From Rhizophagus irregularis (lineage: Eukaryota): a stretch of 64,000 bases of DNA. Below the pieces are notes generated by a model. That model was not told where the DNA came from. It did not search any database and saw only the letters and a list, made by a program, of their open reading frames with translations. The stretch is from NCBI RefSeq assembly GCF_026210795.1, contig NC_089433.1, positions 1,736,001-1,800,000 of the forward strand. The letters run 5' to 3'. The translations under genes were made by a program, and so were the position numbers. Below are positions 50,624 to 63,728 of this stretch, piece by piece (the stretch's first letter is position 1; every line of letters starts with the position of its first letter).

Positions 50624-53373
50624 TATAATTCAGTGTAAATTGCATACATAATTCATGAAAATGAATGTCTTTATATAAATTTAAAATTCTTTTTGGTTCG
50701 TTAATTATGGGTCACGAACAATACTAATTGATAAGCAACTTGATCATCTTTGTTAAAACATCTAAACTTAAAAATTATATATATATAAAGTTCTTTCTTA
50801 ATTATAGTTGTACAGTAAGAAACCTTACTAATTTCAGTTTTTAAATTTTTTCATTAAAAATTTATAAGTAACACTAAAATTTTATTAAACCATTGTTGCC
50901 TTTTTTTTATAGAGAAAGACACTTCCATGCATGGGGAACTAGGATAGCTCGCGCCCATAATTCGCGGAGAATCCGCTGTGCGCGTTCAATTCCTTTATGG
51001 ATTACTTTTCAGCAGGTTAGGCAGATGTGACTAATCTCTTCTTATTCTCAGTGACTGGAAATTTTTCAGGATATATTCCACAAACTACACAGATATAGTT
51101 TCACTGACGGTTCTCCCCAATGCCTTCTGTCCTTTTTTTTGAACTCCGAAAAAATCATGAGTTGGGCGCAAAAGTCCTGTTTGGAATCAGGTTATCGGCA
51201 AGTTACCTTGTTTTTAAAGTTTCCGTATCACCTTACTGGAACAATAGGAAGTCAATGAAGTTAGATTACACAAGATTTTACCTAATTAAGTGGGTTAAAA
51301 AAAAAACTCGGGTAACAAGATAAATAAAAGATAAACTAGCTCCCTAACCTATGCGTTAAAAGATTGGACTCAACCATAACCTTCCAAAAATTCACAATCC
51401 AAAAACCTATGATCCCAGGATAATGAATTTCGGGGATATTAGTAAATTTTTGAATTTTCAGGAATATGGGATATCTTTTTTGGATTTCTGTTGAGTGGCT
51501 CTATACATGTGGGCGTAATTATTTCAGATAATAAGCATTAAGGTGGAATGTATTACACCAAATTTTTGTTCGAAGATTCATATGAAATAGTATTACACCC
51601 GGTGTAATGCCGAATTGGTGTAATGTGCCGTAATATTTCGGTATGACTTGAACTCCCATGTATAATCACTCAGTGGCTCCCGATATTAGCAATATTATAC
51701 AAATAATTGATATAACTTATAAAAACTGTATTTTTATTTTCAAAAAAAAAGAAAAAAAAATAATTACATTTAAAATTGTAAAAAAGTGTTTATATTGTTA
51801 TATTGAGGCAGTATTTTTTTGCATGGTTTGTAAATATAAAGCAATGAAAGCAATTTATACATATTTATATATGTAAAGATTACACTAATAAAAATGGGTG
51901 TTTACAAGCTAAGTTCTTTGTTATAGTTGTTGACCCTCTGTATAAAACTTCTATTGAAATTCTTCAAAATGATTTGGCCCAACATAATGCAGTTGTCCGA
52001 AAGTGTGTCCAATGAATCTGAAACTAATGAACCTGAATTGGGAAGTTCGCTAGACTCTGCCTCAGCTTCAACTAATTCAAGCTCTTCTTCTGGAGGTTCC
52101 AATTTATCTGGAATTTTAAATATTACTTCAGACATTAAAATTCACTTTAAATAACACTTTGATCGGCTTATGAAGGCAAGGAATTATACTTTTGATGAGA
52201 TGTGTTTCTCGGTAGCAGTGGATATTCGTAGTCTTGGAGGAAATATTAAGATCTCAACATGAAAAATTTTTATAATGGTGTTAGTTAGCACCGTTAATCA
52301 GATAAATGCATGGGTAGCTAGTTTAGGTAATGGGAAGGAACTGCCATCTTATGTGTTGGGCTTGGCAGGCATTTATGCTTTATTCCTCCTTGCTTCTCTA
52401 TCATTTTTACTTTTCTCATGTATTACTTTACGAAAAAATAGCTTTGTTTCGTTTTTTAAACTGTTTGTGTGTTATACAAGTGATATGACATTCGCAAATT
52501 TCGTCATGTGATTTGGGCAACTGGTAAAAAAAATTCTGCGCAATAATGACATCACACATGGCCATTTTTTGTAGCATTGCTCGAAAGTTCTGGCATATAT
52601 TTTAATAAAAAAAAACCGTCACCGAATTTGTATGTCGCATGCTCGCCTATCATGATGATTCGGAACAAATATATTATCCTGTTTGCGTTAGCGGTTAGCG
52701 CACTCAATAATACGTGTATACACTAAATTCTAATTCCATTCCGGGACGAGACGCGTAGAATTATTCCGATTTTTTTTCCTTTTTGGGGATACATAGAATA
52801 GGAGGAGGGGTAACGCATTTTTAAGTAATTACTATTATATCGTCGATCATCCGATCATACAAAGACGTATTCAAAAGCCCTGTTGATTCTAGACCCTGTG
52901 TAAATTATGTAAAGGAGAGACATCCTAGTTAGTGAATCTATTTATCCGCCTTGTGCAAATAAAAAACAAAAAATAAGCGAAAAATTCAAACTTACCATAT
53001 TTTACATCATCGATATTATCTCCAATCAAACAAACGAGTATATTCCGTAAAGTATTATAAGGTATGTTGGTTTTATTGCTCGGCTAGCTTCTCGAAACAT
53101 GTCATCACGAACTTAATCGATTTTCCGCTATAGATGTTCCAAAATAAAACGGACATATTGCTCTTCTTGTTATATATCGGCATTTTGATCATCGCCGAGA
53201 AAATCACTGACGCATACAATAGACGCAGTGAAATTACTCACATGAATCTCGTCACATACAACGGCACAGCAAAAGTCTGGCGCAGTGCATCAAAAAATTT
53301 ATCTTATATAAGCATCTTCACGTGCCGAATTCTTGAAACTTTGCGCAGTATCGTACCGGCGAACGCAGGAAGG

Positions 53374-53803
53374 CAGTGTTGGGCAATTGGACAATTGGAC
53401 ATTTTGGACATTTGTCCAAAACCTGTCCAAAACTTGTCCAAAACCAAAACCTTTTTTTCATTGGACAGGTTTTGGACAGATCATATGACAAAAAATTTAA
53501 TTTTAGCCAGAATTATGACTAATTTTGGCTAATTTTAATTTTAGTTCAATTATTAAAATTATTTCAAAAATCTTTAAATGTTAATTTTTAATATTATTTT
53601 GATTTTACATTAATTTTTATTATTTAATTTATATTAAATATTTACTTTTTTAATATTTTAACATTATATTTTATTTTATTTTTAGTTTCAGTTGATAAAT
53701 ATTAGGACTCTTGAGCAGTTTTAAACTGTCCAAAACTGGTTTTGGACAGTCCAAAATTGTCCAATTAAAAAAACCAATTGGACAAGTCCAAAACCCAACA
53801 CTG
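53374..53803. mobile_element. hAT-family MITE, 430 bp
   Basis: Perfect TIRs cagtgttggg/cccaacactg, perfect 8-bp TSD caggaagg (53366-53373 and 53804-53811), many subterminal ttggaca/tgtccaa repeats. Confidence 0.92.
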
Positions 53804-54117
53804 CAGGAAGGTGTGGCCTAACGACAGCGTGACTGTAAATAAAATTTTATTTTATTATAAAGACAGAACTCTCAATCTTGAAGGAGAAGCTAAACTATAA
53901 TTCATGTACAATATAATTATATAGAAAAGACCGTCCCGCTTGGTTACTGTGAATAAGCAGGTTATGTGGCGCAGCTGACCAGGTCATGTGACTCGCTTAT
54001 TTTAGACGCGCTCACATTTTCTCAATTCGTAAAACAATTATAACGGGAATATCTTGATACATGTCATAAAGATTGGTCGAAATATAAAAATTAGCACTTC
54101 CAAAATTATCTGTAGAT

Positions 54118-56030
54118 ATGTTCAAGGAATCCAAAGAGGATTTACGCAGTATACAGAGATATAGCAAAAAATGCAATGTTCACGTTCACGCAAGAAATAA
54201 AGTGATACATATTTATCCACGGTCGAAGTGAGAAAATTTATTAACGATCTTGAATTTCACGCGGAAATGAGAGTGAATGTCACTTCCGCCTACACAGTAG
54301 AAGTTTTAAAGGTGAGTTTAAAAAAATTTTTGAGAACAAGTTTCGCAATGGACTTATCAACAATTTTTCAGGATCAGCGACAGAATCGGAAATTATTAGT
54401 CAATTACGAAGAAACGACTCTATCACAGAATCAAAGGAGGCAGATCATGTGCGAGAAAAAGTTACGAGACCCTCAGAGGCACAGGATGATCATTTATACA
54501 AACGTCAACGTAGAGACGAGTTCGAGTATCCAACAGAGGTATTATGTTTAAGCATGAAACGTGCTCTCAAATGACACACGAACCCTTTAATGTATGCATA
54601 GGTTGTTTTAAAATAACTTATTGTCATGTTTGCCTTTCCGACTCATTATTTAGATAAAATCAAGTGGTCAAGAACAAATGTCATCGGAACATTCTAGAAA
54701 GCTAACACCACAGTTGCTTCGGGGTTCGAAGATTTCTTATCTAGCGACCAAGAATCTGACTCATTTCTTTCAGATGCACCACTTAACTGTCCAGCCACAT
54801 TGGCGGATGAAGAAGAGAAAAACAACAGACACCGTGATTCTCATAATGTCAACGAAAAGGTGACTATATTAACAAACAACTCCTTAACAATGGATAATTG
54901 AACATCAACAATCATATTAACTTCTGTCACGTTTGTCTTTCTATCTCATTTTTAGATAAATCAGATGTCCAAGAGCGAGACATTCCACCCCATCGCCACT
55001 ATCATCGCAGTCAGAATTAGATCTCGTATCTAGTGACAATCATGAATCAGACTCATTTTCAGATAATGGACTTGCAATTGGTATCTTTACCTCGAAAAGA
55101 GTCCAGATGGATATTAAATGACATCGATGTTTCCGAAAAATGGCATCTATTTAAAGAAAAATCACTGGAACTAGCAAATGGAGAAGGTCTATTTGTCGAA
55201 AGTCACACGCAACAGATATTGTATGCTTTCAATTTTTTTTCATCTACTAGATTACTGTGGAACTAATTGCAAATATAATAATACTATATAGATCCTTATC
55301 ACACGTTCTCTTGTTGAAGCCTAAACAACATTGTCCGTTAATGTTGGAGGTTTTGGTGAGGATTTGTGATCATGCACAAGGACATAATAAAGAGATTCAC
55401 CAAGCAAGAATCAGAATTTGACGAAAAAACATTAATAAAGCTTAAAGCTTATTCGCATTGTCAAGGTATTACTATCATTTTTTACACTTATTTGTTGTGA
55501 AAAAATTTAAAATGTGCTCATTGTTACAGCGCCTGCAACGAGATGAGATTGCTAGAGGCAAAGCAGTTTCAGAACTGCAAATTCTTGCAGTTGAGGGGAA
55601 CGTGCAATTCTGAAGGAAATAAGAAACATAACAGATGTAGCGAATTTTGGGACGAGGTTTTTTACAGTATCTAATGCTCACACATTTTTTCTATTTATTA
55701 GTATCGAAAAAGTTCCAAGATCAACATTAAAAAGCCCTATTGGAGAGGTGGAGCTATATACTACTTACGGTATATTTCTGCGATGGTAAGCTTTTTAACT
55801 TGATTATATTTATATAACATTTCCTAATCAATAGGAATATTATAGGTCGAATAAACAGGCAGAAGAGTCCAAAGCTAGAAAGCAAGCAAAACAACCCGAC
55901 GCTATCATCAACGAAATCGATCAGCTGACTGATTCTGAAGCTAATTGTCCGGAATGTAAGAATGCCACACACGCATCAGAGTATATGGAAGAGTTGAAAA
56001 TATTTTGCGTCCCTGAGATACTTAAAAGTA
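54118..56030 (+). pseudogene. Degenerate multi-exon gene of an unidentified family
   Basis: Protein-like fragments (WILNDIDVSEKWHLFKEKSL...ESHTQQIL|SLSHVLLLKP, KQPDAIINEIDQL) separated by intron-like gaps, with frameshifts and stops. Confidence 0.5.
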
Positions 56031-56299
56031 GAGTTAGTCGAAATGGTCATTTTGCATTACGGCTGATAGCAAACATGCATAATTAGGAAAAAACAATTAT
56101 TCCCCTAACTATGATCCGCTGTCATGAACCGATCATATTCGGGAAAAGTAATAATAGGGGCTGTGCAACGTAGGATTTGCATAAATATTTTTTACGCATT
56201 CATAAATTCTTCTTACCGAAGCGCTAATCCATTTCTCCGAAATAATATTTCACATGGAATTTGGGTGCGTATGCTAATCGCAAAGATTGTTGCTGGTGA

Positions 56300-56500
56300 A
56301 GACCAACTTTATTACTTTGATTTTGGAGAAGCATTGACAAAGATAGTGAAAAGTTTTAACCCTTTCTATCATAACCTACCCATATTTGCATTCACATTGA
56401 TGCTACTGAAGAGACATAAACCTTTCGAGCTCTCTCAATTCTTTTTCGGAGAGCTTCTTCTGTTCACGTCATCGGCATCTAGAGTTTGAGACGCCAGATC
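56300..56500 (-). pseudogene. Relic containing EALRKRIERARKVY
   Basis: Minus-strand fragment followed by a frameshift; resembles from memory a repetitive Glomeromycota protein family, not verified. Confidence 0.35.
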
Positions 56501-57514
56501 ACCATGATTTAATGATCTATAATGATCATACTGTTCATCTATTACGGGTTTGTCTATGGATGACATTAAATACGTAATTGCCAAAGTGCTTCGTGTGTAA
56601 TGCGCTATAGATTACTGCGCCTGTGACATGCATACAGTATCTGTGATAGTGTAATAAATATTGCAAAGATCTGAAATTTACTATCATATATTAAGATTAA
56701 AATTACTTATATATTAACTTTTTTTATATATCATATATATCATATTTAAAATTATATTTAGTAAAATATTTTTAATAAACATATAAATAAACTATATTTA
56801 TAAATTTAACTACGTTAGGCCAATGAAATAAAATCTGTAAAGGATATCATATTTTTTGAATTATTAAAAATTTTTAAATAAAAAAAATGTTATTTTAAAA
56901 AGTATTTACATTGTAATATCAGAAATGTAACATTAGAATATAATTAATAATAAGAATACTTATTCTATATTTTATATTTATTATTATTAGTTATATTTAG
57001 TTAATTATAGTAAGATGGAAAAACTAATTTTTTATTTAAATAGAATAATTAGATAATTATGTTATATAATGATAATTATATACATGATATGTAAAAAAGA
57101 ATAAATAATTAACTAAAGAATAAATTATTAGCTAAATATTAAAATAAAGAGAAAATGTAAAGTAGAAGAATTATAATATCTTTAAAAGAAATAATTATTA
57201 TAAGTTATAGTTAATTAGAATAATTAATATAATTTCAAAATGTAATTCAGTTTTTTATCAATATAAATAAATTAAATAATTCCTTTTTTAGTTATAATTT
57301 TCAATTTTTTTGCAGTTTTTTATAATAAAACTTACCATTATAATTATTAAATTAATTAAAAATAACAAATAAATAGTAAAGAAAGAAAAACTTTTGCGAA
57401 TTGTAATTATTATATTTGAAAATTTTTTTAATCCAAAAATATTAAATAAAAAAAAATAAAAAAAAAATTATTTTAAAATTCAAAGAAAATTAATTATAAT
57501 GAAATCTAAGTATA

Positions 57515-57686
57515 CAGTCAAACCTTAATATAGTGAACCCTTAATATAGTGAATTTTTCAGACAATTATAATAAATTTCCCTTCGCTATAATGAATTAAC
57601 TAATTAAATCTCTTAAAATTTTCACTATAGTCTTATAGCAAAATTGAGATCTGGATCCTAGGGTTCGTTATAACAAAGGTTGACTG
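57515..57686 (+). mobile_element. Tc1/mariner (pogo-like) MITE, copy A
   Basis: TA-cagtcaaacc ... ggttgactg-TA: inverted termini flanked by TA. Confidence 0.85.
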
Positions 57687-59136
57687 TATTTAATATATAG
57701 TACTTTACAGATCATTTCAATATTATTTCAATATTATTTCAATATAATTTTAATATTACTTTACTAAAAATGGCCAATTTTTTGAAATGATTTTGTAATA
57801 ATTTTAAAATACTACTAAAATACATTTAATACTTATTATACTTTTGTTATTATTTTGTAATTGTATTGTATCTAGGTTTATAAAAATAACTCAAAATAAT
57901 ATCACAATAATTTTTTAATACTTTTATTATTATTTTATTATTATAATATAATTAACTTTAATATTATTTTAATATTTTAATTTCAAAAATACTTTAAATA
58001 TATTTTGATATATTTTAAAAATTTTACAAAATAATTGTACAATTGTTTTGAAAGCCATTGTATCTAGGTCTATAAAAATATTTCAAAAAATTTGCCATTT
58101 TTAGTAAAGTATTTTAATATCATTTAATATAATATCATAATGATATTAAAATAATATCAAAACAATATTAAAACTTAAATTTAACTTAAATATATTATTT
58201 TAATATTATTCTGATATTATTTTAATATTGCAGTAATATAATTTCAATAACATTTTGATTTTAATGTTAAATGACATTGAAATACATAATATAAAACTAT
58301 ATTGAAATAATATTAAAATAATATTGAAACAACATAGTAGTTAAATTTAAAATAACATAATTAAGTTAAATTTAACTATTTAATTTTATATTGATTGAAA
58401 TATTTTTTTACTTCTTTTATTTTACTTATCGATATGGTTATTTTTTTTTTTGATTTAAAGCCAGAAAATTTACAATCAAAATACTTATATTACAAATTAC
58501 AATTAGAATCTTTTTCACTTCATTTTTTTCTTACAGTAAAGCCACAAAATCTTTTATATTCTGTGTAAAAGTAAATAGCTATATCAAAATTCAGAAAATA
58601 GTTTTCTTCAATAATTGTAAAACATAAGCGTAATCTAAGAAAATTAGGTCTGCAGTTTATATATTCAGCACCTAGTAAAACTACTTAGAATACAATTAAT
58701 TATATTAACTAATATAAAAAACTGGTCTAAAAACTTAAATAAATAAATACAAATTAGTTTTAGTTAATAATGTAATATTTTCATTAGCATTATCATTATC
58801 TTATTCTATATAATTAAATACTAAACATGGTATAGTATTAGTGTCTTATTGCTTGTTTTATAAGAAATGAATCCTTGAGATTTAAAGCAGTAATTAATTA
58901 CTAATAATAAATTTTATAGTATATTTGCGATATCAAATAAGTTCAGCTCAAAATATTGTAAAATTTCGTTTCAAAGAGAAAATTATTTATTTAATTGATT
59001 GATAATCAGACTATTTGAAATCATAAAATTATACAATTATATAAACCCGAAATGATATAATATTCATTACATATACAATATACATTTTTCCTATAATATA
59101 TATATATTATATTTTATTTAGTATTTTTTTGAAATA

Positions 59137-59308
59137 CAGTCAACTTTTATTATAACAAACCCTAAGGTCCAGACTTCAACTTCGCTATAAGGTTATAGTG
59201 AAGATTTTAAGAAATTTAATTGGTTAATTTGTTATAGCAAAGGGAAATTTATTATAGTTGTCTGAAAAATTCACTATATCAAGGGTTTACTATATCAAGG
59301 TTTGACTG
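59137..59308 (-). mobile_element. Tc1/mariner (pogo-like) MITE, copy B, inverted relative to A
   Basis: TA-cagtcaac ... ggtttgactg-TA; interior is the reverse complement of copy A (gtctgaaaaattcactata vs tatagtgaatttttcagac). Confidence 0.85.
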
Positions 59309-60535
59309 TAGTTTTTATATTATTTTGGCAATATTATTAGATATAATAATTACTACTACATACTGCTATAAATAGAGATTTTTATAATAAAACTGAAATC
59401 TAAAATCTGAAATTATCTTTTATAATAAACAATTTAATTTACTTAATAGTTGAAATTATATTCAAAATTATTTGAATTCTTTGATTTAAAATATATTAAA
59501 TTATATAATTACTTTTTTTTTTATATAAAAAATATTTTAAATCCAAAATTTTTACTAAAATTACATTTTTTCAAAAATTAATTTAAGGGTTATCTATATA
59601 CTTATCTTATCAATGATATATATTTTATAGAAATTTAAAGTTAGTGATAGCTTTAAAAATTAACTAGGATTTGCATTAACTAACTATATAATTTTTTTCT
59701 ATAAATCATATATAAATATGCTAAAGCATATTATAATCAACCTTATAATCAATCTAAAAGAAGATAAGCAATAGAAAATAAGAAGCAAAAAAAAATAATT
59801 ATTGTAAATAATAATAAAAAAATATTGTTTAGTTCTGATAATGTAATTTATTCAATTAACAAAATTTTAGAATCTTTTAAATATATAGAAAAAGGTAAAC
59901 CATCTAGTAAACATTTAAAATCATCAGTTGAAAGGTAAAAATAAAGAAAATCAAAGGAAATTATAGTTATAGATAATGTAATGATATAAATTATAATATT
60001 AAAATATGTAAAGTAACTCAATAATTTAATAGTTACTAATAACTAATATTTACTATGTTTACTTATATTACTAATTTTAATAATTATATTGTAACTTATT
60101 AATTTCAATATATTGTAATATAATAATAAAATAAACAATTATGTATCATATGATCATTCTGTAAATTTAATGAGATTATGAATAAAAATTTTTTATATTA
60201 TAATATAAAAAATGTAAATTTTAATTTTTTATTAATATAAATATTAATTTTTAGATTAAAAAATCATTAAAAAAATCAATAATAAGCCAAAATGGGCATT
60301 TATAATTAAAAAATATTGGTTCTAATTTTAATTATTTTAAAAAAATGAATAATAATAATATTTTTTAAATAGTTTTATAGGTTGCCTGCAATTTTTAAAA
60401 ATAAATTGTACTCAGATATAAAATTTATTAATATAAATCAGATTGTATAGCTAGTTAAATTAATTTACATTTTGACAATAAATTGTATAATCAAATGATC
60501 CGGACTCGGCTCAGGCGTAGATCGTCATGGAATTC

Positions 60536-60592
60536 CAGTTGATTTTCTGCAATTAAACCGGATCCGGATGATCGGCAATCAGGAATTCGGCT
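60536..60592 (+). repeat. Dispersed direct repeat, copy 1 (copy 2 at 63674-63728)
   Basis: ccggatgatcggcaatcaggaattcggct is identical in both copies, with near-identical upstream bases. Confidence 0.85.
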
Positions 60593-61684
60593 TCAGGACG
60601 ATTATTCTTAAAATAATGAGGAAGTATTTATATGGCTAGCATCAAATTTTTATAAATTTTACTCACAATATTTTTTTATTATTATAAATAGTTTAATATA
60701 ACTTTTATTTTTTTTATAAAAATTTTACATTACAATAAATAAAATAAAGATAAAAAAATTAGTTTTTATAAATTTATAATGCAAACATAAAATGATTTTT
60801 ATTAAAGCTCTATATAAAGTCAAAAATCCTACTTTTAAACATTAAAAATCATAATAATAAAAATTGGTTTTCATAATAAATTCTACATATTTTATTAAGT
60901 TTTGATATAATTACAACTAATTATCAAAATTTGAAAAAAACTAAACTGTTTAAACTAAGTTTTTGTAAAATTCAGTTTGAAAAATGGAATATATAAATTA
61001 ATGAAATAAGTAAAAATGATTTTATAACAATGGTTTAAAATTCAGTTTAAATTAAATATATAACTTAACTTTTAAACTGGTTTAAAATCAGTTTATTCAA
61101 CCAAAAAGTATAGATTACTTTAGTTTATTGATCATTTTAACAATTCTATATTATTGTATTAAGAAATTTATATTATTTTTTATAAATAAAACTTAATAAA
61201 TTTAAATGTTTTGGAGCCCGATATTTATCTTGGCTAAAATTAAGCATAGTGCTGGCCAATATCGAACATAATTCAGGCCAAAACCATTCGATTAAATTTC
61301 AGTTTGAACTGATATAAGAAATTAGGTTTTCAAGTTTGTATAATGAAACCAAACTGAAACTGAACTTAAACTGCATAAAACTGTTAAAGGTACAATTTTT
61401 TAAAATCAATGAATAATTTCCAATTTTCTAATATAAAATTAACAAATAATAATGTTTGCTGCATAATATATAATTTAAGCTATTATGGAAAAAAAGTTTA
61501 TTAAAATTACTTTATTTTTCATAAAGTTATGATTTTGAATTTTCCGGGCAAATTTGCCTGCAATTGCTTACTGTTTAAGGGATAGCACTTGAAAATCGTA
61601 GAACTATACTGAAAACAAGATTTTAATAAGAATACAAGATATTGGGAATAATAAATAAATAAAATACGTATGTTGTGCATTAAT

Positions 61685-62072
61685 AACATCAGGTGCAGCT
61701 GACATGTGTTAGATGTAGATAGATAATGTACGTTACCTCCTATAGTAAACTTTTTTTTACTAATAAATTACATATATTACTTATAAAATATATATTATAT
61801 CCATAAGGTTGCAAAATTTTCTGATGAAGTATGAGTCGTATTCAAATAAACATACTTACTTGTTAGATTAGATTATTTTTCAGACTATTTCTGGATACGA
61901 AATTATAAATTTTATCACCTGCAAAACGTCCTTCCATAAAAATCACCACTATTCCTTTTTTTGAATAATCTTCTTAAATCGTGTTATTTCCCTGAAATTT
62001 ATTAATACTTTTGTTTAATAAAAAAAATTTATTATATCTATATCTGACGCACGTCAGCCTGCATCTGACGTA
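61685..62072. mobile_element. Degenerate MITE with about 42-bp inverted termini
   Basis: catcaggtgcagctgacatgtgttagatgtagata vs reverse complement of the right arm cgtcagatgcaggctgacgtgcgtcagatatagata. Confidence 0.6.
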
Positions 62073-62766
62073 TAAATAATAGTACCGGGATATCGTCATG
62101 TGACACTATTTGACATAGTCTGGACAATAAAAATTCCTTATTTTATTATGTTTTCACAAATATTTAGTTTTATATTTTTTAACAGATTTTTTAAAAATTG
62201 TTTTTAACATTAGAAAAGAAAGAAAATTTTGTTGTAGTTGTACATAAAACGGTTGACGCAAGTAGACGCTATACTAACTAAATGATAGACTATACTACAT
62301 ATAGAAGTAACTAACCCATAAAACGGTAAATAAATTAATGGGGCTGATCGCCACACAAGTCACGTGGAAAGAAAATTTGTTGGGAAGATCGCATATGTGG
62401 TGAATAAATTATTAAATTTTATAACATTTATATCAAATCTGAATTAATGTATTTTGACATGGACAAATTAAAAAACCATTCAAATTGGATCTTTTTTTTT
62501 GAAGATTGGTTTATTGATTTGCTACTACGTTTCGACACATTTAATCAATTAAAGTTGACAAAAATCATTATTGAAAATAATTTATAAAATATAAACGCGT
62601 TTATTTTTTGATCTAAATATAAAGAAGCTGACTATAACGCGAAAAAGTATTATAACAGCCAATAAAAAAAATATTTATAACAGAAAAAAAGAAAAAAACA
62701 AATAAAAATAACAAAAAGCTTCTTAAAATAAATTGATACTATCTTGTTATTAACTACAAGAAAATT

Positions 62767-63084
62767 TTACGCGCAAGACTTTGTGGTGCAAGAAGTTCCC
62801 GAAGGGCAACAAGTACCATCACCGCAAGATACACCATAACTACCGCATCCATAGGGGTGACAGCATCCGACTGCACATGGAACTAATCCTTGGGACGAAC
62901 ACGACTGTCTTTTCGTCAAACGGTGTGGACCACTTGTCCTTCCTTTTTCTTCCGGTCGTCTTTTATCTATGGAGTTCTCTTTAACTCTACTATTATCATC
63001 TCTTTTCCAAATAGAAGGTGTAGCAGAAGCGAATGCGATAAAAGCTACAATTAGAGCGAGTATTAGGATAAATTTTTTATTCAT
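62767..63084 (-). CDS. Small secreted Cys-rich prepropeptide, 105 aa
   Basis: Signal peptide MNKKFILILALIVAFIAFASA, three KR dibasic sites, C-terminal 46-aa segment with 10 Cys. Confidence 0.85.
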   Translation of the reverse strand: MNKKFILILALIVAFIAFASATPSIWKRDDNSRVKENSIDKRRPEEKGRTSGPHRLTKRQSCSSQGLVPCAVGCCHPYGCGSYGVSCGDGTCCPSGTSCTTKSCA

Positions 63085-63673
63085 GATTTTTGAAGATTAT
63101 TAAAGAATTAATGAGTTTTCGTAATTAAGGAGTTTCTTTATTTTTCGTTTTTTATTTTTTATTTTTGCGTGTTAGGAAAGGAAGAATAAAGCTTATTTAT
63201 AAAACATTTTACAATAGCAGACTCGTTAATGATTATTCTGTTGCGCATTCATTGTTTAAACACTTTTAGATCAAACATTTTGGAGTAACTGATTAAAATG
63301 GGGATATAAAGAAAGAAAAAAATTATTATCAAACAAATCTAAATCTCATTCACTTTAGACATAGTAAATGAAATGATCAAATAAGAAATATTATAAAGAC
63401 GAAGAAACACCACCAAACAAATTTAATGGTTCATGTATGAACATTTAATTGCGAAACATTACAAATCGCAAAGAGGAATCTTGTAATGATCAAAATAGAA
63501 TGCCATCAAACGAATTTATTGTCCCCCTGAATTTTTTTTTTCTTAAAACAGCAAAAATAAATTTTCCATTAAAGGTTTTATAATGAGATGACCAGATGAC
63601 CCGAATCAGGGGTAATGATCTTTTGTTACAGAAATCGATAATTGTTAAGTCGATCCGTTTTTTAAGAATGGTG

Positions 63674-63728
63674 CAGTTAATTTTCTGCGATTAAACCAGC
63701 CGGATGATCGGCAATCAGGAATTCGGCT
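63674..63728 (+). repeat. Dispersed direct repeat, copy 2
   Basis: Matches 60536-60592. Confidence 0.85.

Larger units (their letters stand above)
56650..61500. repeat. Extremely AT-rich, CpG-poor decayed repeat region
   Basis: No ORFs in the track; aatatt-type repeats at 57720-58330, direct repeat ttgtatctaggt at about 57867 and 58058, aaactg/cagttt clusters at 60940-61385. Confidence 0.7.

Noticed and set aside
51902..52511. Acidic/Ser-rich short ORFs
   Set aside because: Fragmented, no splice-consistent model; likely a TE or gene relic that I cannot assign
53134..53532. 132-aa ORF
   Set aside because: Runs into the hAT MITE terminal repeats and has no recognisable domain
23698..53803. 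CRISPR-like appearance of short repeat clusters
   Set aside because: Eukaryotic context; repeats are irregular TE subterminal or promoter units without unique fixed-length spacers or cas genes
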